Positions 29,252 through 39,380 of a stretch of DNA of 64,000 nucleotides are shown here, piece by piece. Below the pieces are notes generated by a model. It had not been told where the DNA came from and did not search any database. It saw only the letters and a list, made by a program, of their open reading frames with translations. The position numbers and the translations under genes were made by a program. This DNA is from Negativicutes bacterium (GTDB taxonomy: Bacteria > Bacillota > Negativicutes > UBA1444), in the NCBI GenBank assembly GCA_963665275.2, contig CAXXIN010000016.1:128001-192000 (forward strand), read 5' to 3'. Positions within the stretch are counted from its first letter, which is position 1, and each line of letters opens with the position of its first letter.

Positions 29252-30442
29252 GTGCTGCGCTGGATTATCCACGTTGATATGGATGCCTTTTTTGCGGCGG
29301 TGGAACAGCGGGACCACCCCGAATACCAGGGGAAGCCCGTTATTGTTGGCGGACTTGGCAATCGGGGCGTGGTTTCGACTGCCTCCTATGAAGCTCGCCG
29401 TTTCGGCGTACATTCAGCTTTGCCGATGATTACGGCCCGACGGCTCTGTCCGCAGGGCATTTTTGTCGCCGGCGATCATCATAAATATGCGAGTATATCG
29501 CAGCAGATCATGGCGATCCTGAATGAATATTCCCCTCTGTTGGAGCAAGTTTCAGTAGATGAAGCTTTTTTGGATGTTACGGGCATGGAACTGCTGTATG
29601 CATCCCCGGTGGATATTGCCCGGGAAATCAAGCGCAGGGTAAAGGCTGAATTGGCCTTGACGATTTCGGCGGGTGTAGCTCCCAACAAATTCCTGGCTAA
29701 GATGGCGTCTGATCTGCAGAAACCAGACGGTTTGGTGGTAGTGGAACACGGACGAGAAAAGGAGTTTTTGCATAAGTTGCCGGTGGAAAAACTCTGGGGT
29801 GTCGGAGACGTAACTGCGAATTCTCTTCAAGCCAAGGGGATCAAGACGATTGGGCAATTGGCGCAGTTACAGGAAACGCAGTTGAAGAGCTTTTTTGGCC
29901 AAAATGCAGCCGTGATCCACGCACTCGCCCGGGGCTTTGATGACCGACCGTTGGTGCAGGAACGGGAAGCGAAATCTGTGGGGGCGGAAGAAACGTTCGA
30001 GACAGACCTGCGGGACGTTGACGCCATGCGGACTGTGCTGATGGGCCTCGCGGAGCGAGTGGGATGGCGGCTGCGACAAGAGCGGGTTGCGGGGCGCACC
30101 ATCACTCTCAAGCTGCGCTACGGCTCATTTCAGACGTTGACCCGTCGTCGCACACTGGCAGATCCGGTTCAGTCAGATGAAACGATTTACAGGGTTGCTG
30201 TCGAGCTATTGGAACAACAGAAGGAAATTGGATCTGGTGTGCGGCTGCTCGGAATCACCGTTTCGCAGCTGGCGCCGGAAGGCCCATTAGAAGTTTCTTT
30301 GTTTGAAAATGGAGAAGAAAAGGGACGGTTGTTGTCATCGGCCATGGACCGGATGCGTTTGAAGTTTGGTCCAACGGCTTTGATGCACGGACGGCTGGCA
30401 CTCCGAAAAGAAGGGAAGGATAAGAAACATGATCAATCGTGA
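29252..30442 (+). CDS. dinB: DNA polymerase IV (exact start uncertain)
   Basis: HVDMDAFFAAVE, ASYEARRFGV, SVDEAFLD, KMASDLQKPDG. Confidence 0.95.
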   Translation: MLRWIIHVDMDAFFAAVEQRDHPEYQGKPVIVGGLGNRGVVSTASYEARRFGVHSALPMITARRLCPQGIFVAGDHHKYASISQQIMAILNEYSPLLEQVSVDEAFLDVTGMELLYASPVDIAREIKRRVKAELALTISAGVAPNKFLAKMASDLQKPDGLVVVEHGREKEFLHKLPVEKLWGVGDVTANSLQAKGIKTIGQLAQLQETQLKSFFGQNAAVIHALARGFDDRPLVQEREAKSVGAEETFETDLRDVDAMRTVLMGLAERVGWRLRQERVAGRTITLKLRYGSFQTLTRRRTLADPVQSDETIYRVAVELLEQQKEIGSGVRLLGITVSQLAPEGPLEVSLFENGEEKGRLLSSAMDRMRLKFGPTALMHGRLALRKEGKDKKHDQS

Positions 30443-31550
30443 ACGAACACTGAAAGAATTCATGGAACTAGTGGCGATCACTTCGCCCAGCCGCGGTGAA
30501 AGAGAAATCGCCGATGTGTTGAAACAGAAGCTCGAGGCGGCAGGGATGCAGGTCGAAGAGGATGGCGTCGGAGAAAAAATCGGCGGCAATGCCGGCAATC
30601 TGATCGCGAAACTGCCCGGAAACGTAAAAGGCGCTCCCTGCATCATGTTGAGTGCGCACATGGATTCGGTGGAACCCTGCGCAGGGATTCGCCCTCAGCT
30701 GAAAGAGGGCGTCATTACTTCGTCCGGAGACACGATCCTTGGTTCTGACTGCAAGTCCGGCATCGTGCCGATTTTGGAGGCTTTGCGCCGGATACAGGAG
30801 GAGAAGCTGCCGCATGGTGAAGTGGTAGTCGTATTGACTGTTGCCGAAGAAGCCGGTCTGCACGGCGCCAAAAACATTGACCCGACAAAAATCCGGGCCG
30901 ACTTCGGATATGCGTTGGATGGCGGCGGAGCGCCAGGAGTGGTCACGACCATGGCGCCAGGGCAGAATCGCATTGAGATCGTCGTGCATGGTAAAACTGC
31001 GCATGCCGGACTGGCGCCTGAGGAAGGAATCAATGCCATTATCTTGGCCGGCAAATCGTTGGCGGTGATCCCGCAGGGTCGTATGGATTTTGAAACGACC
31101 TGCAATGTGGGGATTATCAAAGGCGGGGTTGCGACCAATATCGTACCGGACAAGGTGGAAATAACAGCAGAAGTCCGCAGCAGGAACATGGATAAATTGG
31201 AAAAGTTGACTCGCGAAATCACCGACGCATTTTCCCGCATTGTAGAGGGAGGCGGTGGAAAAACCGAGATTTCCGTGAAGAAAACATACGAGCCGTTTGT
31301 TTTGACAGAAGATTCGGCCGTCGTTGCCACGGCGGTTCGTGCAGCACGAACTTTGGGCCTGGAAACCCGGATCGAAGCAACGGGCGGAGGAAGTGACGTC
31401 AATTTTTTCAACCGCTACGGGATTCCCTCGGCGATTTTGGGAACGGGAATGTCCAAAGTTCATACCAAGGATGAATATATTTTGGAAGAACATTTGTATC
31501 TGACGGCAGAATGGACGCTGGCCCTGCTCGGAGAGGTTATTGAGAATTGA
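30429..31550 (+). CDS. M20 family peptidase (peptidase T-like)
   Basis: SAHMDSV, LGSD, VAEEAG, HAGLAPEEG, GGGSDVN, VHTKDE. Confidence 0.88.
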   Translation: MINRERTLKEFMELVAITSPSRGEREIADVLKQKLEAAGMQVEEDGVGEKIGGNAGNLIAKLPGNVKGAPCIMLSAHMDSVEPCAGIRPQLKEGVITSSGDTILGSDCKSGIVPILEALRRIQEEKLPHGEVVVVLTVAEEAGLHGAKNIDPTKIRADFGYALDGGGAPGVVTTMAPGQNRIEIVVHGKTAHAGLAPEEGINAIILAGKSLAVIPQGRMDFETTCNVGIIKGGVATNIVPDKVEITAEVRSRNMDKLEKLTREITDAFSRIVEGGGGKTEISVKKTYEPFVLTEDSAVVATAVRAARTLGLETRIEATGGGSDVNFFNRYGIPSAILGTGMSKVHTKDEYILEEHLYLTAEWTLALLGEVIEN

Positions 31551-31623
31551 CAAAATAGTATGACAAATATAAAGCCTGGAGGTATAATATAAGTATAAGA
31601 AACATGGAAGGAGGTGCTAACTC

Positions 31624-32070
31624 ATGGCAATGGCTACCCTGTTGGATGTAGGCCAATTTGTGACTCCCGGGATGAGTGAGATTGTTCAAAAAACCGTCGA
31701 AAAGAAACATACAGGTTACAGTTACGGCGGTGGTGCGATGGAAGATTTGTTGGCGACGCCGGCTTATGTCGATTTGATGATGCGCGCAGCGATTCAGACC
31801 GTCGACCCTAAATTGCCCAAAGGGTATATCACGGTGGGCCGATCGATGGAGTTTACCCACGAAGCCCCCACAGGCACGGGCATGTCGGTCAGTATTCAGG
31901 CGAAGGTGACAGAAGTCAATGGAAATCGGATCATGTTTGAAATAATCGCAAGCGATGAACTCGGCGAGATTGGCAGTGGACGACATGAACGGGTGGTAGT
32001 CTTCCGGGATGAATGGGCAAAAAAAGTTCAGGAGCGGCTAAAACCGATCCAGAGAATTGACATTAAGTAA
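31624..32070 (+). CDS. Hot-dog thioesterase (FlK-like)
   Basis: LATP, TVG...HEAPT, G-x-HERVVV; AGGAGG RBS. Confidence 0.8.
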   Translation: MAMATLLDVGQFVTPGMSEIVQKTVEKKHTGYSYGGGAMEDLLATPAYVDLMMRAAIQTVDPKLPKGYITVGRSMEFTHEAPTGTGMSVSIQAKVTEVNGNRIMFEIIASDELGEIGSGRHERVVVFRDEWAKKVQERLKPIQRIDIK

Positions 32071-32074
32071 ATTT

Positions 32075-32109
32075 AAACCGCCGGCGCATCTCGTGCATCG
32101 GCGGTTTTT
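32075..32109. terminator. Bidirectional terminator
   Basis: AAACCGCCG...CGGCGGTTTTT. Confidence 0.75.
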
Positions 32110-32129
32110 CTTGCGGATAGGTGGGAAGT

Positions 32130-33650
32130 TTAGTTGAAAAGAATCTTTAATTCGGCGCCCAATTCTCGTTGAAAGGCCTTGCGCTGTTTTTCCACCGACT
32201 GCATTTCGAGGCTGCAGTCCCCTTCGGTACTGACGGAAACGTTGGCTGTTCCTTTGGCGAAGGCGACGAGCGGGTTGGTGATCAGTTGGCGCTGTGTGGA
32301 ATCCAGGCTATTGGCAACAGAGAGAATCACCGCCATTTTTCTAGCCTTCGACCAGTCCGCCTCGTCCAGAAATTCGCTGTAAAGACGGTTTCGCAGCATT
32401 TTGGCCGAGATATTGCCGTGCCAACCCGCAACGACGGCGGTCAAAATCTGCTCCCTGTGGGTGAGGCCGAACAGTCTGGCGTTTTCAACCAGGTATGCGC
32501 TGTGTCGCGCGTGATCGTAATAATTGATACTAATGCCGATGTCATGCAACAAGGCCGCACATTTCAGCAGCATGCGGTCCCGGCTGTCCAGCTGGTGCAA
32601 GGCGGACCAACCGTCAAACAATTGCAGGGTCAAGTCGGTGACATGCAGAGCATGTTGTTCGTTAACCTTATAGAAGCGCAGCATATTCATCGTGCTGTGT
32701 CCCAGAATATCAGAAATGACATCAGGGAAATATTCATCTCGCAGATAATGGCTGAAGAATAGGCCTTCACGGACACCGCAGCCACTGATGATCAAATTGC
32801 TGGCGCGGACCCGGTCGAAGAGCCTTTTTACGACCGCAATGCCGGCCACGATGATGTCGCTCCGCTCACTGCTCAGGCCGCTCATTCGTCGCCGTTGTAC
32901 TAAGTTGGCGCTGGTGATGAGGCGAAACAAGTCTTCGAGTGCGATTGGTCCCATCCGATAATTGTGAATCTTGGAAAATGGATAATTTTTGCGTGACTGG
33001 TCCATTTTGGCGATGTTACGGGCGGTACCCCCGATGCCGACCAACGGGAGTGACATGGCTTCCAACCAGGGCGCTTTGTTTAACTGCCGATCGATGAAAC
33101 CGCTTAAATGGGCCAGATTACTTTTTGTGACCTTGTCATGAGTTTTGAATTCGTCGCTGAGGTTTACAGCGCCGATAGGCAGGCTGATGCTTTCGACCAT
33201 TCGTCGGTTTTTGACCAGCGAAATCTCGGTGCTGCCGCCACCGAGGTCAAAAAGGACCGCATCTTTCATGTCAATAGTGTTAATGGCTCCGAGATAACCT
33301 AGCTGTGCCTCGGATTCTCCGCTGATTGCCTGAAGGGGAAGACCGGTTTCCTTTTCCACCAATTCCAGAAACTCAGGGCCATTACGGGCATTACGAACCG
33401 CAGCCGTTGCTACGGCCAGAATTGTGTCGACTTTCATGATACTGCACATCTGGGCGCAGTTGCGCAAAGCAGACAGCGAGCGGGTAATCGCCGCCGGTTG
33501 GAGCATTTGGTCCCGCCCCATGCCTTCGCCAAGCCGCAGGCTCTCTTTCTGATGATACACGAGGTTATAGGCGCCATTGGCGTAGATATGCATGATGATC
33601 AATCGGGCAGAATTGGACCCGAGGTCGATAACGGCAACTCGCTCAGACAT
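32130..33650 (-). CDS. ppx: Exopolyphosphatase Ppx/GppA with HD domain
   Basis: IDLGSNS, ATAAVRNA, DLGGGSTE, GVREG, LLHDIG; GGAGG RBS. Confidence 0.92.
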   Translation of the reverse strand: MSERVAVIDLGSNSARLIIMHIYANGAYNLVYHQKESLRLGEGMGRDQMLQPAAITRSLSALRNCAQMCSIMKVDTILAVATAAVRNARNGPEFLELVEKETGLPLQAISGESEAQLGYLGAINTIDMKDAVLFDLGGGSTEISLVKNRRMVESISLPIGAVNLSDEFKTHDKVTKSNLAHLSGFIDRQLNKAPWLEAMSLPLVGIGGTARNIAKMDQSRKNYPFSKIHNYRMGPIALEDLFRLITSANLVQRRRMSGLSSERSDIIVAGIAVVKRLFDRVRASNLIISGCGVREGLFFSHYLRDEYFPDVISDILGHSTMNMLRFYKVNEQHALHVTDLTLQLFDGWSALHQLDSRDRMLLKCAALLHDIGISINYYDHARHSAYLVENARLFGLTHREQILTAVVAGWHGNISAKMLRNRLYSEFLDEADWSKARKMAVILSVANSLDSTQRQLITNPLVAFAKGTANVSVSTEGDCSLEMQSVEKQRKAFQRELGAELKILFN

Positions 33651-33705
33651 TGATTCACTCCTCCGAAGATTATTGCAGCTATGAAAAATTGTTGTCATTC
33701 AATCA

Positions 33706-33732
33706 ATTCTGCTTGACTCGCCCTTCTCCTGC
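33706..33732 (-). promoter_or_regulatory. sigma-H-like promoter of ppx
   Basis: GCAGGA-N17-GAAT on the minus strand. Confidence 0.55.
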
Positions 33733-33809
33733 TTGTTACAATGAAGCGCGTAGTAAATTCTTCGGTAGTTGGGAAATAGTGCAGGGTAGAGTCGGGGTGG
33801 AGTGAGAAA

Positions 33810-34106
33810 ATGAGTGATCGTATGTACAAAGTTGTGGTTCATTTTGCTGCTGAATATGGGCAAGTGGAGTATGACATTCTTGAAAAAATCATTCGCGTCG
33901 TTCTTGCCGATACAGATAAGCGGACGGCAGTGGAGAAATACCTGTCTGAATCGCATGTGATTGAAAATGCGGATGGTACTGATCTACGCACTTTTCATCC
34001 CAAAAAGCTGCTACCGTCAGAAAGCCTCGAAAGTTTCAAGTTGGCGATGACCCGTCTCTGGCATCATACAGGGGTGTATGTGGACTGGAGCCGACCGACG
34101 GTTTAA
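33810..34106 (+). CDS. Hypothetical protein (98 aa)
   Basis: Clean ORF with GGAG RBS, divergent from ppx. Confidence 0.6.
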   Translation: MSDRMYKVVVHFAAEYGQVEYDILEKIIRVVLADTDKRTAVEKYLSESHVIENADGTDLRTFHPKKLLPSESLESFKLAMTRLWHHTGVYVDWSRPTV

Positions 34107-34249
34107 AATGTTTTGCAGCATGATTTAACTTTTAGAGCAGTATATGATGTGACTGTTTATTTCGAGCTATCAGCCTCCGGTTCAACTGAATAGAGCTCTT
34201 GATCACGCATCAAGGAGGGCTCTGATCTTTAGTACATACTTTCCAAATC

Positions 34250-34289
34250 TAACAAGAAGGCTTCCCGTAAATGGGGAGCCTTCTTGTTA
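34250..34289. terminator. Bidirectional terminator
   Basis: TAACAAGAAGGCTTCCC/GGGGAGCCTTCTTGTTA. Confidence 0.75.
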
Positions 34290-34400
34290 TGCCTGTAGGC
34301 CGGGAAAATAGCTCAACAAATCCAAAGCGGATCAGCTTGGAACAAAGTGAAATGAGGTGGGGGGTTATGAATATTAGGATCGCAGGAGGCCAGTTTTCGA

Positions 34401-35282
34401 CTAATGAATCAATGCTTGAAAGTATTGATTAAAAATTTCTAAGGAATTCTGTGTGAGTCGAGTGGGATTCTTATGGGTAAGTTTAAAACAGGTGTAATTT
34501 GGCGGAGGGTTGGTGAGGTAATCGATAGAATAGTTGCCGCGTTGGGATACGGCGGCGGCTACAATCTTGGGAACAATCGCCCATTGCTCCGGGTCTTGCA
34601 GCAGACTAACCAGGAGATTGGAGCTGTCAAGCTTAGTGCGGGAGGGGTTGAAGGGATTCCACCAATACTCATGCCAAGATATGTAATCGTGTCCTCCCCA
34701 GGGCATAAACAATTCGTGCTTTGGATTCAATTCCTCCGGATGGACGGGTGATTTTCGCTGGCTGGTCGGGCTTGCTAGGCGAAGGAGAACCATCGGTGAG
34801 CTGAAACATTTTTCTACTGTCACATTGGGATGAACAAGCTCCCGTAACACAAAAGCAATATCCACTTGCCGTCTTTCGATTTCTTCGTATAAATCGGCTG
34901 AGTGCGAAGTGTGTATTTTCAGCAAGGGCGGATTGGGATGATTGTTCAAAGCGCGGTAAACTGACGGTAGCACAAATGTGTTGATGCTGTCCACGGAGCC
35001 GACGCCAAGGGAAAGACTGGGGCCATGCGCTTGCAGGAGCTTAGCTTGTTTCCAGATGAAACTCCATTGTTCTGCCAGAGTAAAGAAAGCTTCACCGGAT
35101 GGAGTGAGACGGATCTGCTTAATCCCTTTACCCCGTTCGACGAGAACAAGATCTAGCTCTTGTTCCAATACTTTTAAGCGTTGACTGACGGTGGTCTGGG
35201 CTAAGTGCAAAGCTTCAGCTGCTCCACTGAGGCTTTGAGCGCGCACGACGGCCAAGAAAGTTTCGATTCCTAACGTGTACAT
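34401..35282 (-). CDS. LysR-family transcriptional regulator
   Basis: HTH SLSGAAEALHLAQTTVSQRLKVLE, LTPSG; divergent from the aldolase operon. Confidence 0.92.
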   Translation of the reverse strand: MYTLGIETFLAVVRAQSLSGAAEALHLAQTTVSQRLKVLEQELDLVLVERGKGIKQIRLTPSGEAFFTLAEQWSFIWKQAKLLQAHGPSLSLGVGSVDSINTFVLPSVYRALNNHPNPPLLKIHTSHSADLYEEIERRQVDIAFVLRELVHPNVTVEKCFSSPMVLLRLASPTSQRKSPVHPEELNPKHELFMPWGGHDYISWHEYWWNPFNPSRTKLDSSNLLVSLLQDPEQWAIVPKIVAAAVSQRGNYSIDYLTNPPPNYTCFKLTHKNPTRLTQNSLEIFNQYFQALIH

Positions 35283-35494
35283 AACTCCCCCTTTAAATAG
35301 CATGAAAATTGTTATTCTATACTAATTATATTCGTTTTACTCGCTCACGTATTCTATTTACAATTAAATCAACCCGATAATTCTGTTAATTCACATGGAA
35401 ACAGAACAACGGGAAGTAAGAAACTAGGAAAGGATAGGCGGACGAATAGTAATCCAACAAGTTGATTTCAATGAATAACAGGAGGTAGAGCGAT

Positions 35495-36493
35495 ATGGAA
35501 ATTATGGATTGTACTTTACGGGACGGCGCAAATGTGGTTGGTGCAGGGTTTACTGGTGAATTAACTACCTTAATGATCGAGGGGTTGATTGCCAGCAATG
35601 TAAAAACAATAGAATTTGGTCATGCAACGGGATTGGGTGCTGCTGATAACGGAGGAAAAAAAGCACCCTTATCAGATGAAGAATATTTTGAGGTAGTATC
35701 GCCCTATACAAGCCAAGCAAATCTTGGGATGTTCATGTTGGCGAAAAATGCATCACCAAAACACATAAATATGGCTGCAGATAAAAAAATGAATTTTCTA
35801 CGCATCGGAGCCAATGCTGGGGATGCAGATCAATCGGAAGCAGCAATAAAAATGGTTAGAGATGCTGGGTTATTTGCTAAGTATAGCATGATGAAAGCTT
35901 ATGTTTTATCTCCGGCAGAATTAGCTGCAGAAGCTGTTAGGCTGGAAAAATTTGGCGTCCAAGCGATTACTATCATGGATTCTGCTGGGTATATGCTTCC
36001 CAAACAAGTTTTTGAGTATACCAAAAAACTTGTTGACGCGGTAAAAGTACCTATAGGATTTCATGGCCATAACAACTTGGGATTTGCATCTGCCAATGCT
36101 ATTGTTGCTGAAGAAGCAGGTGCTGAGTTTGTCGATTGTGGTTTGATGGGAATGGCGCGAAGCGCGGGAAATATTTCAACAGAAATTATTATTGCTGCAT
36201 TTCAAAGACTGGGAAAAGCCAAAGAATATGCACTGTATGATTTACTGTCATTTATAGAAAATGAATTGAGACCCAAAATGAATGAATATGGATACCATGA
36301 TCCTATTCCACCGTTAGATTTAGTTCTCGGCTACTCAGGGTGCCATTCGAATTTCGTTCCACAATTTACGGAAATTGCTACTGCTAAAAGTGTAAATCTT
36401 TACAAGTTAATCATAGAAACTTCGAATATGGATATGAAAAATCCAAGCAAAGAGCTGATGGAAAGCATCGCAGATAGGTTGCTTGCACAGTAA
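35495..36493 (+). CDS. 4-hydroxy-2-oxovalerate aldolase-like DRE-TIM metallolyase
   Basis: DCTLRDG, DSAGYMLP, GFHGHNNLG, AGN..TE, GYSGCHS. Confidence 0.82.
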   Translation: MEIMDCTLRDGANVVGAGFTGELTTLMIEGLIASNVKTIEFGHATGLGAADNGGKKAPLSDEEYFEVVSPYTSQANLGMFMLAKNASPKHINMAADKKMNFLRIGANAGDADQSEAAIKMVRDAGLFAKYSMMKAYVLSPAELAAEAVRLEKFGVQAITIMDSAGYMLPKQVFEYTKKLVDAVKVPIGFHGHNNLGFASANAIVAEEAGAEFVDCGLMGMARSAGNISTEIIIAAFQRLGKAKEYALYDLLSFIENELRPKMNEYGYHDPIPPLDLVLGYSGCHSNFVPQFTEIATAKSVNLYKLIIETSNMDMKNPSKELMESIADRLLAQ

Positions 36494-36519
36494 GCGCAGT
36501 AAAATTAAGGAGGAAAGGC

Positions 36520-37884
36520 ATGGAAAACTCAAACATTTTTTTACCAAATACCAGCCCAAAGAAAACGGGTTTTCGATGGGTTGTGTTGGCGCTGATATTC
36601 TTGGTTTATATGATCGCTGGCGCCGACCGTTCCAACATTGGAATGGTTGTGCCCTTTGTTAAGAAAAGTTTTAACTTATCTAATACAGATATCGGGGCCA
36701 TGGCAAGCTTCTTCTATCTTACATATGCCCTTGTACAAATACCTTCCGGCCTCTTTTTCGGCAAGAAAGGAGTCCGTGAATTTTTCACTCTTTCCATCAT
36801 ACTGACATCTGTGGCAACGTTTGTCATGGGCTTGGCAAATTCAGGATTGCACTTAAAGGTGGCAAGGGCTTTGCTCGGTTTTGCCGAAGGACCGATAAAT
36901 ATTGGTTGTATTACAACGATTAACCGATGGTTTCCAGATCGCGAAAAAGGTATAGCTACAGGCGTTTTCATGTCATCTATCAAATTTGCACCAGCTGTTG
37001 TTCCGCCGCTTTGCGCTTGGATTATTGTATCTTTTGGGTGGAGAGCGGTTTTTTATGCTTTTGCGGTACCTGGTTTTTTTAGCGCTGTATTATGGTGGAT
37101 ATTTGTAAAAGATAAACCTGAAGACAGCAAATTTTGCAATCAGGCCGAAATTGATTATATTAAATCCGCCACAGTAGAGGTTCCCCAAAAAGATGTATCC
37201 CATGATAAAATTAAGACCATAAAATCGCGTGACGGAATGCTCGATAAATTGATTCGCACTAAAATTATAAAACCGCTTGCAACGAATAGCGAAATATTAC
37301 GTTCTTGGAATGTCTGGGCATGTTCCTTGGGTTACTTCTTTCTGGTAGGTATTACTTACGCGATCATGACGTGGATTCCTACGTATCTTATTACGGTTAA
37401 ACATTTTTCTATTCTAAAAATGGGATTTGTTGCTTCGGCCCCTTGGGTTGGCGCGGTATTAGGAAATGTTTTTGGCGGGATTATTTCTGACAAGGTATTT
37501 TCCAGCAGACGGAAGCCAAACATGATTATCACAGCAGCGAGTACGGTGGTATTGATGTACTCTCTTTTATATGCGCCCAATGATCCCACGATTTTAGGGA
37601 TTTTGCTTCTAACGGCGGGGATTTTCTTAAACTTAGGCTATTCGACATTTTTAGCCTATCCGATGGGGATTGCTTCTCAAGAAAAGTATCCATTTGCTGC
37701 TTCTATTGTTAATACCGCCGGCTCGCTTGGCGGAGCCTTTGCTCCATTTTTAGTTGGCGTAATCCTTGACGCTTTTAGCTGGGATATGGTATTCGAGTTC
37801 TTAGCGGGAATTTCCTTGCTTACCCTTCTTTTATTATTGACAATGATTGAACCAATCCCGGATCGTAGCGAAGAAAAAGCTTGA
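36520..37884 (+). CDS. MFS transporter (anion:cation symporter, sugar-acid type)
   Basis: DRSNIG, RWFPDREKG, GWRAVF; 12 TM helices. Confidence 0.88.
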   Translation: MENSNIFLPNTSPKKTGFRWVVLALIFLVYMIAGADRSNIGMVVPFVKKSFNLSNTDIGAMASFFYLTYALVQIPSGLFFGKKGVREFFTLSIILTSVATFVMGLANSGLHLKVARALLGFAEGPINIGCITTINRWFPDREKGIATGVFMSSIKFAPAVVPPLCAWIIVSFGWRAVFYAFAVPGFFSAVLWWIFVKDKPEDSKFCNQAEIDYIKSATVEVPQKDVSHDKIKTIKSRDGMLDKLIRTKIIKPLATNSEILRSWNVWACSLGYFFLVGITYAIMTWIPTYLITVKHFSILKMGFVASAPWVGAVLGNVFGGIISDKVFSSRRKPNMIITAASTVVLMYSLLYAPNDPTILGILLLTAGIFLNLGYSTFLAYPMGIASQEKYPFAASIVNTAGSLGGAFAPFLVGVILDAFSWDMVFEFLAGISLLTLLLLLTMIEPIPDRSEEKA

Positions 37885-37912
37885 TGAATAAAATCTGCAA
37901 GGGGGATAGATC

Positions 37913-38842
37913 GTGAAAACCTATATTTTTGATCCTATATCGAATGAGGCTTTAGCCTATGCACAATCTCACCTGGACGTAGTGTGTTGGGATAATCCGA
38001 AAATTAATGATTATGCGGCAGCAGAAGCTGTTATTGTGCGGACTTTCAAAATGACACCTGAAATTATCAATCAGATGCCAAAACTAAAGATAATTGCCAA
38101 ACATGGCGTAGGAATAGATAATATTGACATTTCCTATGCCAAAAGTAAAGGGATTCGAGTTACCAATACACCCACTGCGAACATGAACTCCGTAGCTGAG
38201 TTAATTATCGGGTTCGCATTTAATTGTGTGCGAAGAATTACACAAAGTCAATTTGCCGTTTTGCAGGGGCTTGAAAAAAACTCGCCACTGTATTTAAGCG
38301 GATATGAATTATCAGGAAAAACGCTCGGGCTGATTGGATTGGGAAAAATCGGCATGTCGGTTGGACAGAAATTGCGCAACGCGTTTGACATGAATGTTAT
38401 TGTCTATGATCCGTTTGCCACGGCCGAGCACTGCAATTCCTTGGGTTTTGCTAAAACAGACAACCTCGATGAATTATGCAGCAAGGGCGACATTATTTCT
38501 ATCTCTGTCCCACTCACGGAAAAAACAAAAAACATGATTGATAGCCATGAAATTAATTTAATGAAGGAAACTGCTGTTCTAATCAATACATCTAGAGGTG
38601 GTATTGTAAACGAAGATGCTTTATATGAAGCATTGAATAATCACAAAATATTTGGCGCGGCATTCGATGTGTTTGTAGAAGAGCCTGTGCCAAAGAATCA
38701 TCCATTATTGGACTGTGGCAATTTTATTGCAGCGCCACACAATGGTGCAAATACGACTGATGCGCTAATTCGCATGGGCGTCGGAGCGGTTGATGAAATC
38801 ATAAGGCTTAATAACGGCGAAGATTCGCTGTCCAAACTTTAA
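37913..38842 (+). CDS. D-isomer-specific 2-hydroxyacid dehydrogenase (SerA/GhrB-like)
   Basis: GVGIDNID, GLIGLGKIG, INTSRGG, DVFVEEP, PHNG. Confidence 0.88.
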   Translation: MKTYIFDPISNEALAYAQSHLDVVCWDNPKINDYAAAEAVIVRTFKMTPEIINQMPKLKIIAKHGVGIDNIDISYAKSKGIRVTNTPTANMNSVAELIIGFAFNCVRRITQSQFAVLQGLEKNSPLYLSGYELSGKTLGLIGLGKIGMSVGQKLRNAFDMNVIVYDPFATAEHCNSLGFAKTDNLDELCSKGDIISISVPLTEKTKNMIDSHEINLMKETAVLINTSRGGIVNEDALYEALNNHKIFGAAFDVFVEEPVPKNHPLLDCGNFIAAPHNGANTTDALIRMGVGAVDEIIRLNNGEDSLSKL

Positions 38843-39135
38843 TGATAGGCGTCACGTTGATAAGTAAATTGTAGATTAGAAGGCACAGCTAAATGGAGTA
38901 TAAAACTTGTGAAGCACGGGTACAACCCGGATTTTTGTTCGACTGAAAGAGAAATAACTGACTTTCGGATAAAGAAATGGCAAATCTAGGGCAACGCATT
39001 CTCATGGAATTTTAGAAGCGTCATAGCGCTGTACGGCTGAAAAAAGATTTGAAGTCAAGGGTTGAACTTACAATATAATTATTCTCCAGTCCTTGACTAC
39101 TGCATTTTAGTGTGATATTATTCCATGTGTACTCT

Positions 39136-39212
39136 CTGCCCGTAGCTCAGCTGGATAGAGCGCTTGACTACGAATCAAGAGGTCGCAAGTTCGAATCTTG
39201 CCGGGCAGGCCA
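39136..39212 (+). tRNA. tRNA-Arg(ACG)
   Basis: CTGCCCG/CGGGCAG acceptor stem, anticodon arm CTTGA-CT-ACG-AA-TCAAG, CCA. Confidence 0.96.
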
Positions 39213-39380
39213 TTTCAAATCAAGGCTTCAGACCATTACGGTTTGGAGCTTTTTTTCGTCTATACCCATACAAACACCCAGATACTCCTGGTCGCACTTT
39301 GTGTTCTCGACACAGAAAACAAAGAAAATGATATGAAATTGTGCTATAATCAAAAATGATTATTGCGAAAGGGGCAATGA

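Noticed and set aside
30468-31553. 361-aa antisense ORF opposite the M20 peptidase, and similar long shadow ORFs (5744-6547, 48141-48959, 60171-60923)
   Set aside because: They mirror well-supported genes, have no recognisable motifs, and are expected from GC-rich codon bias
34100-39212. Integrative element at tRNA-Arg(ACG)
   Set aside because: No integrase or duplicated tRNA 3' end seen; the islet lies 5' of the tRNA
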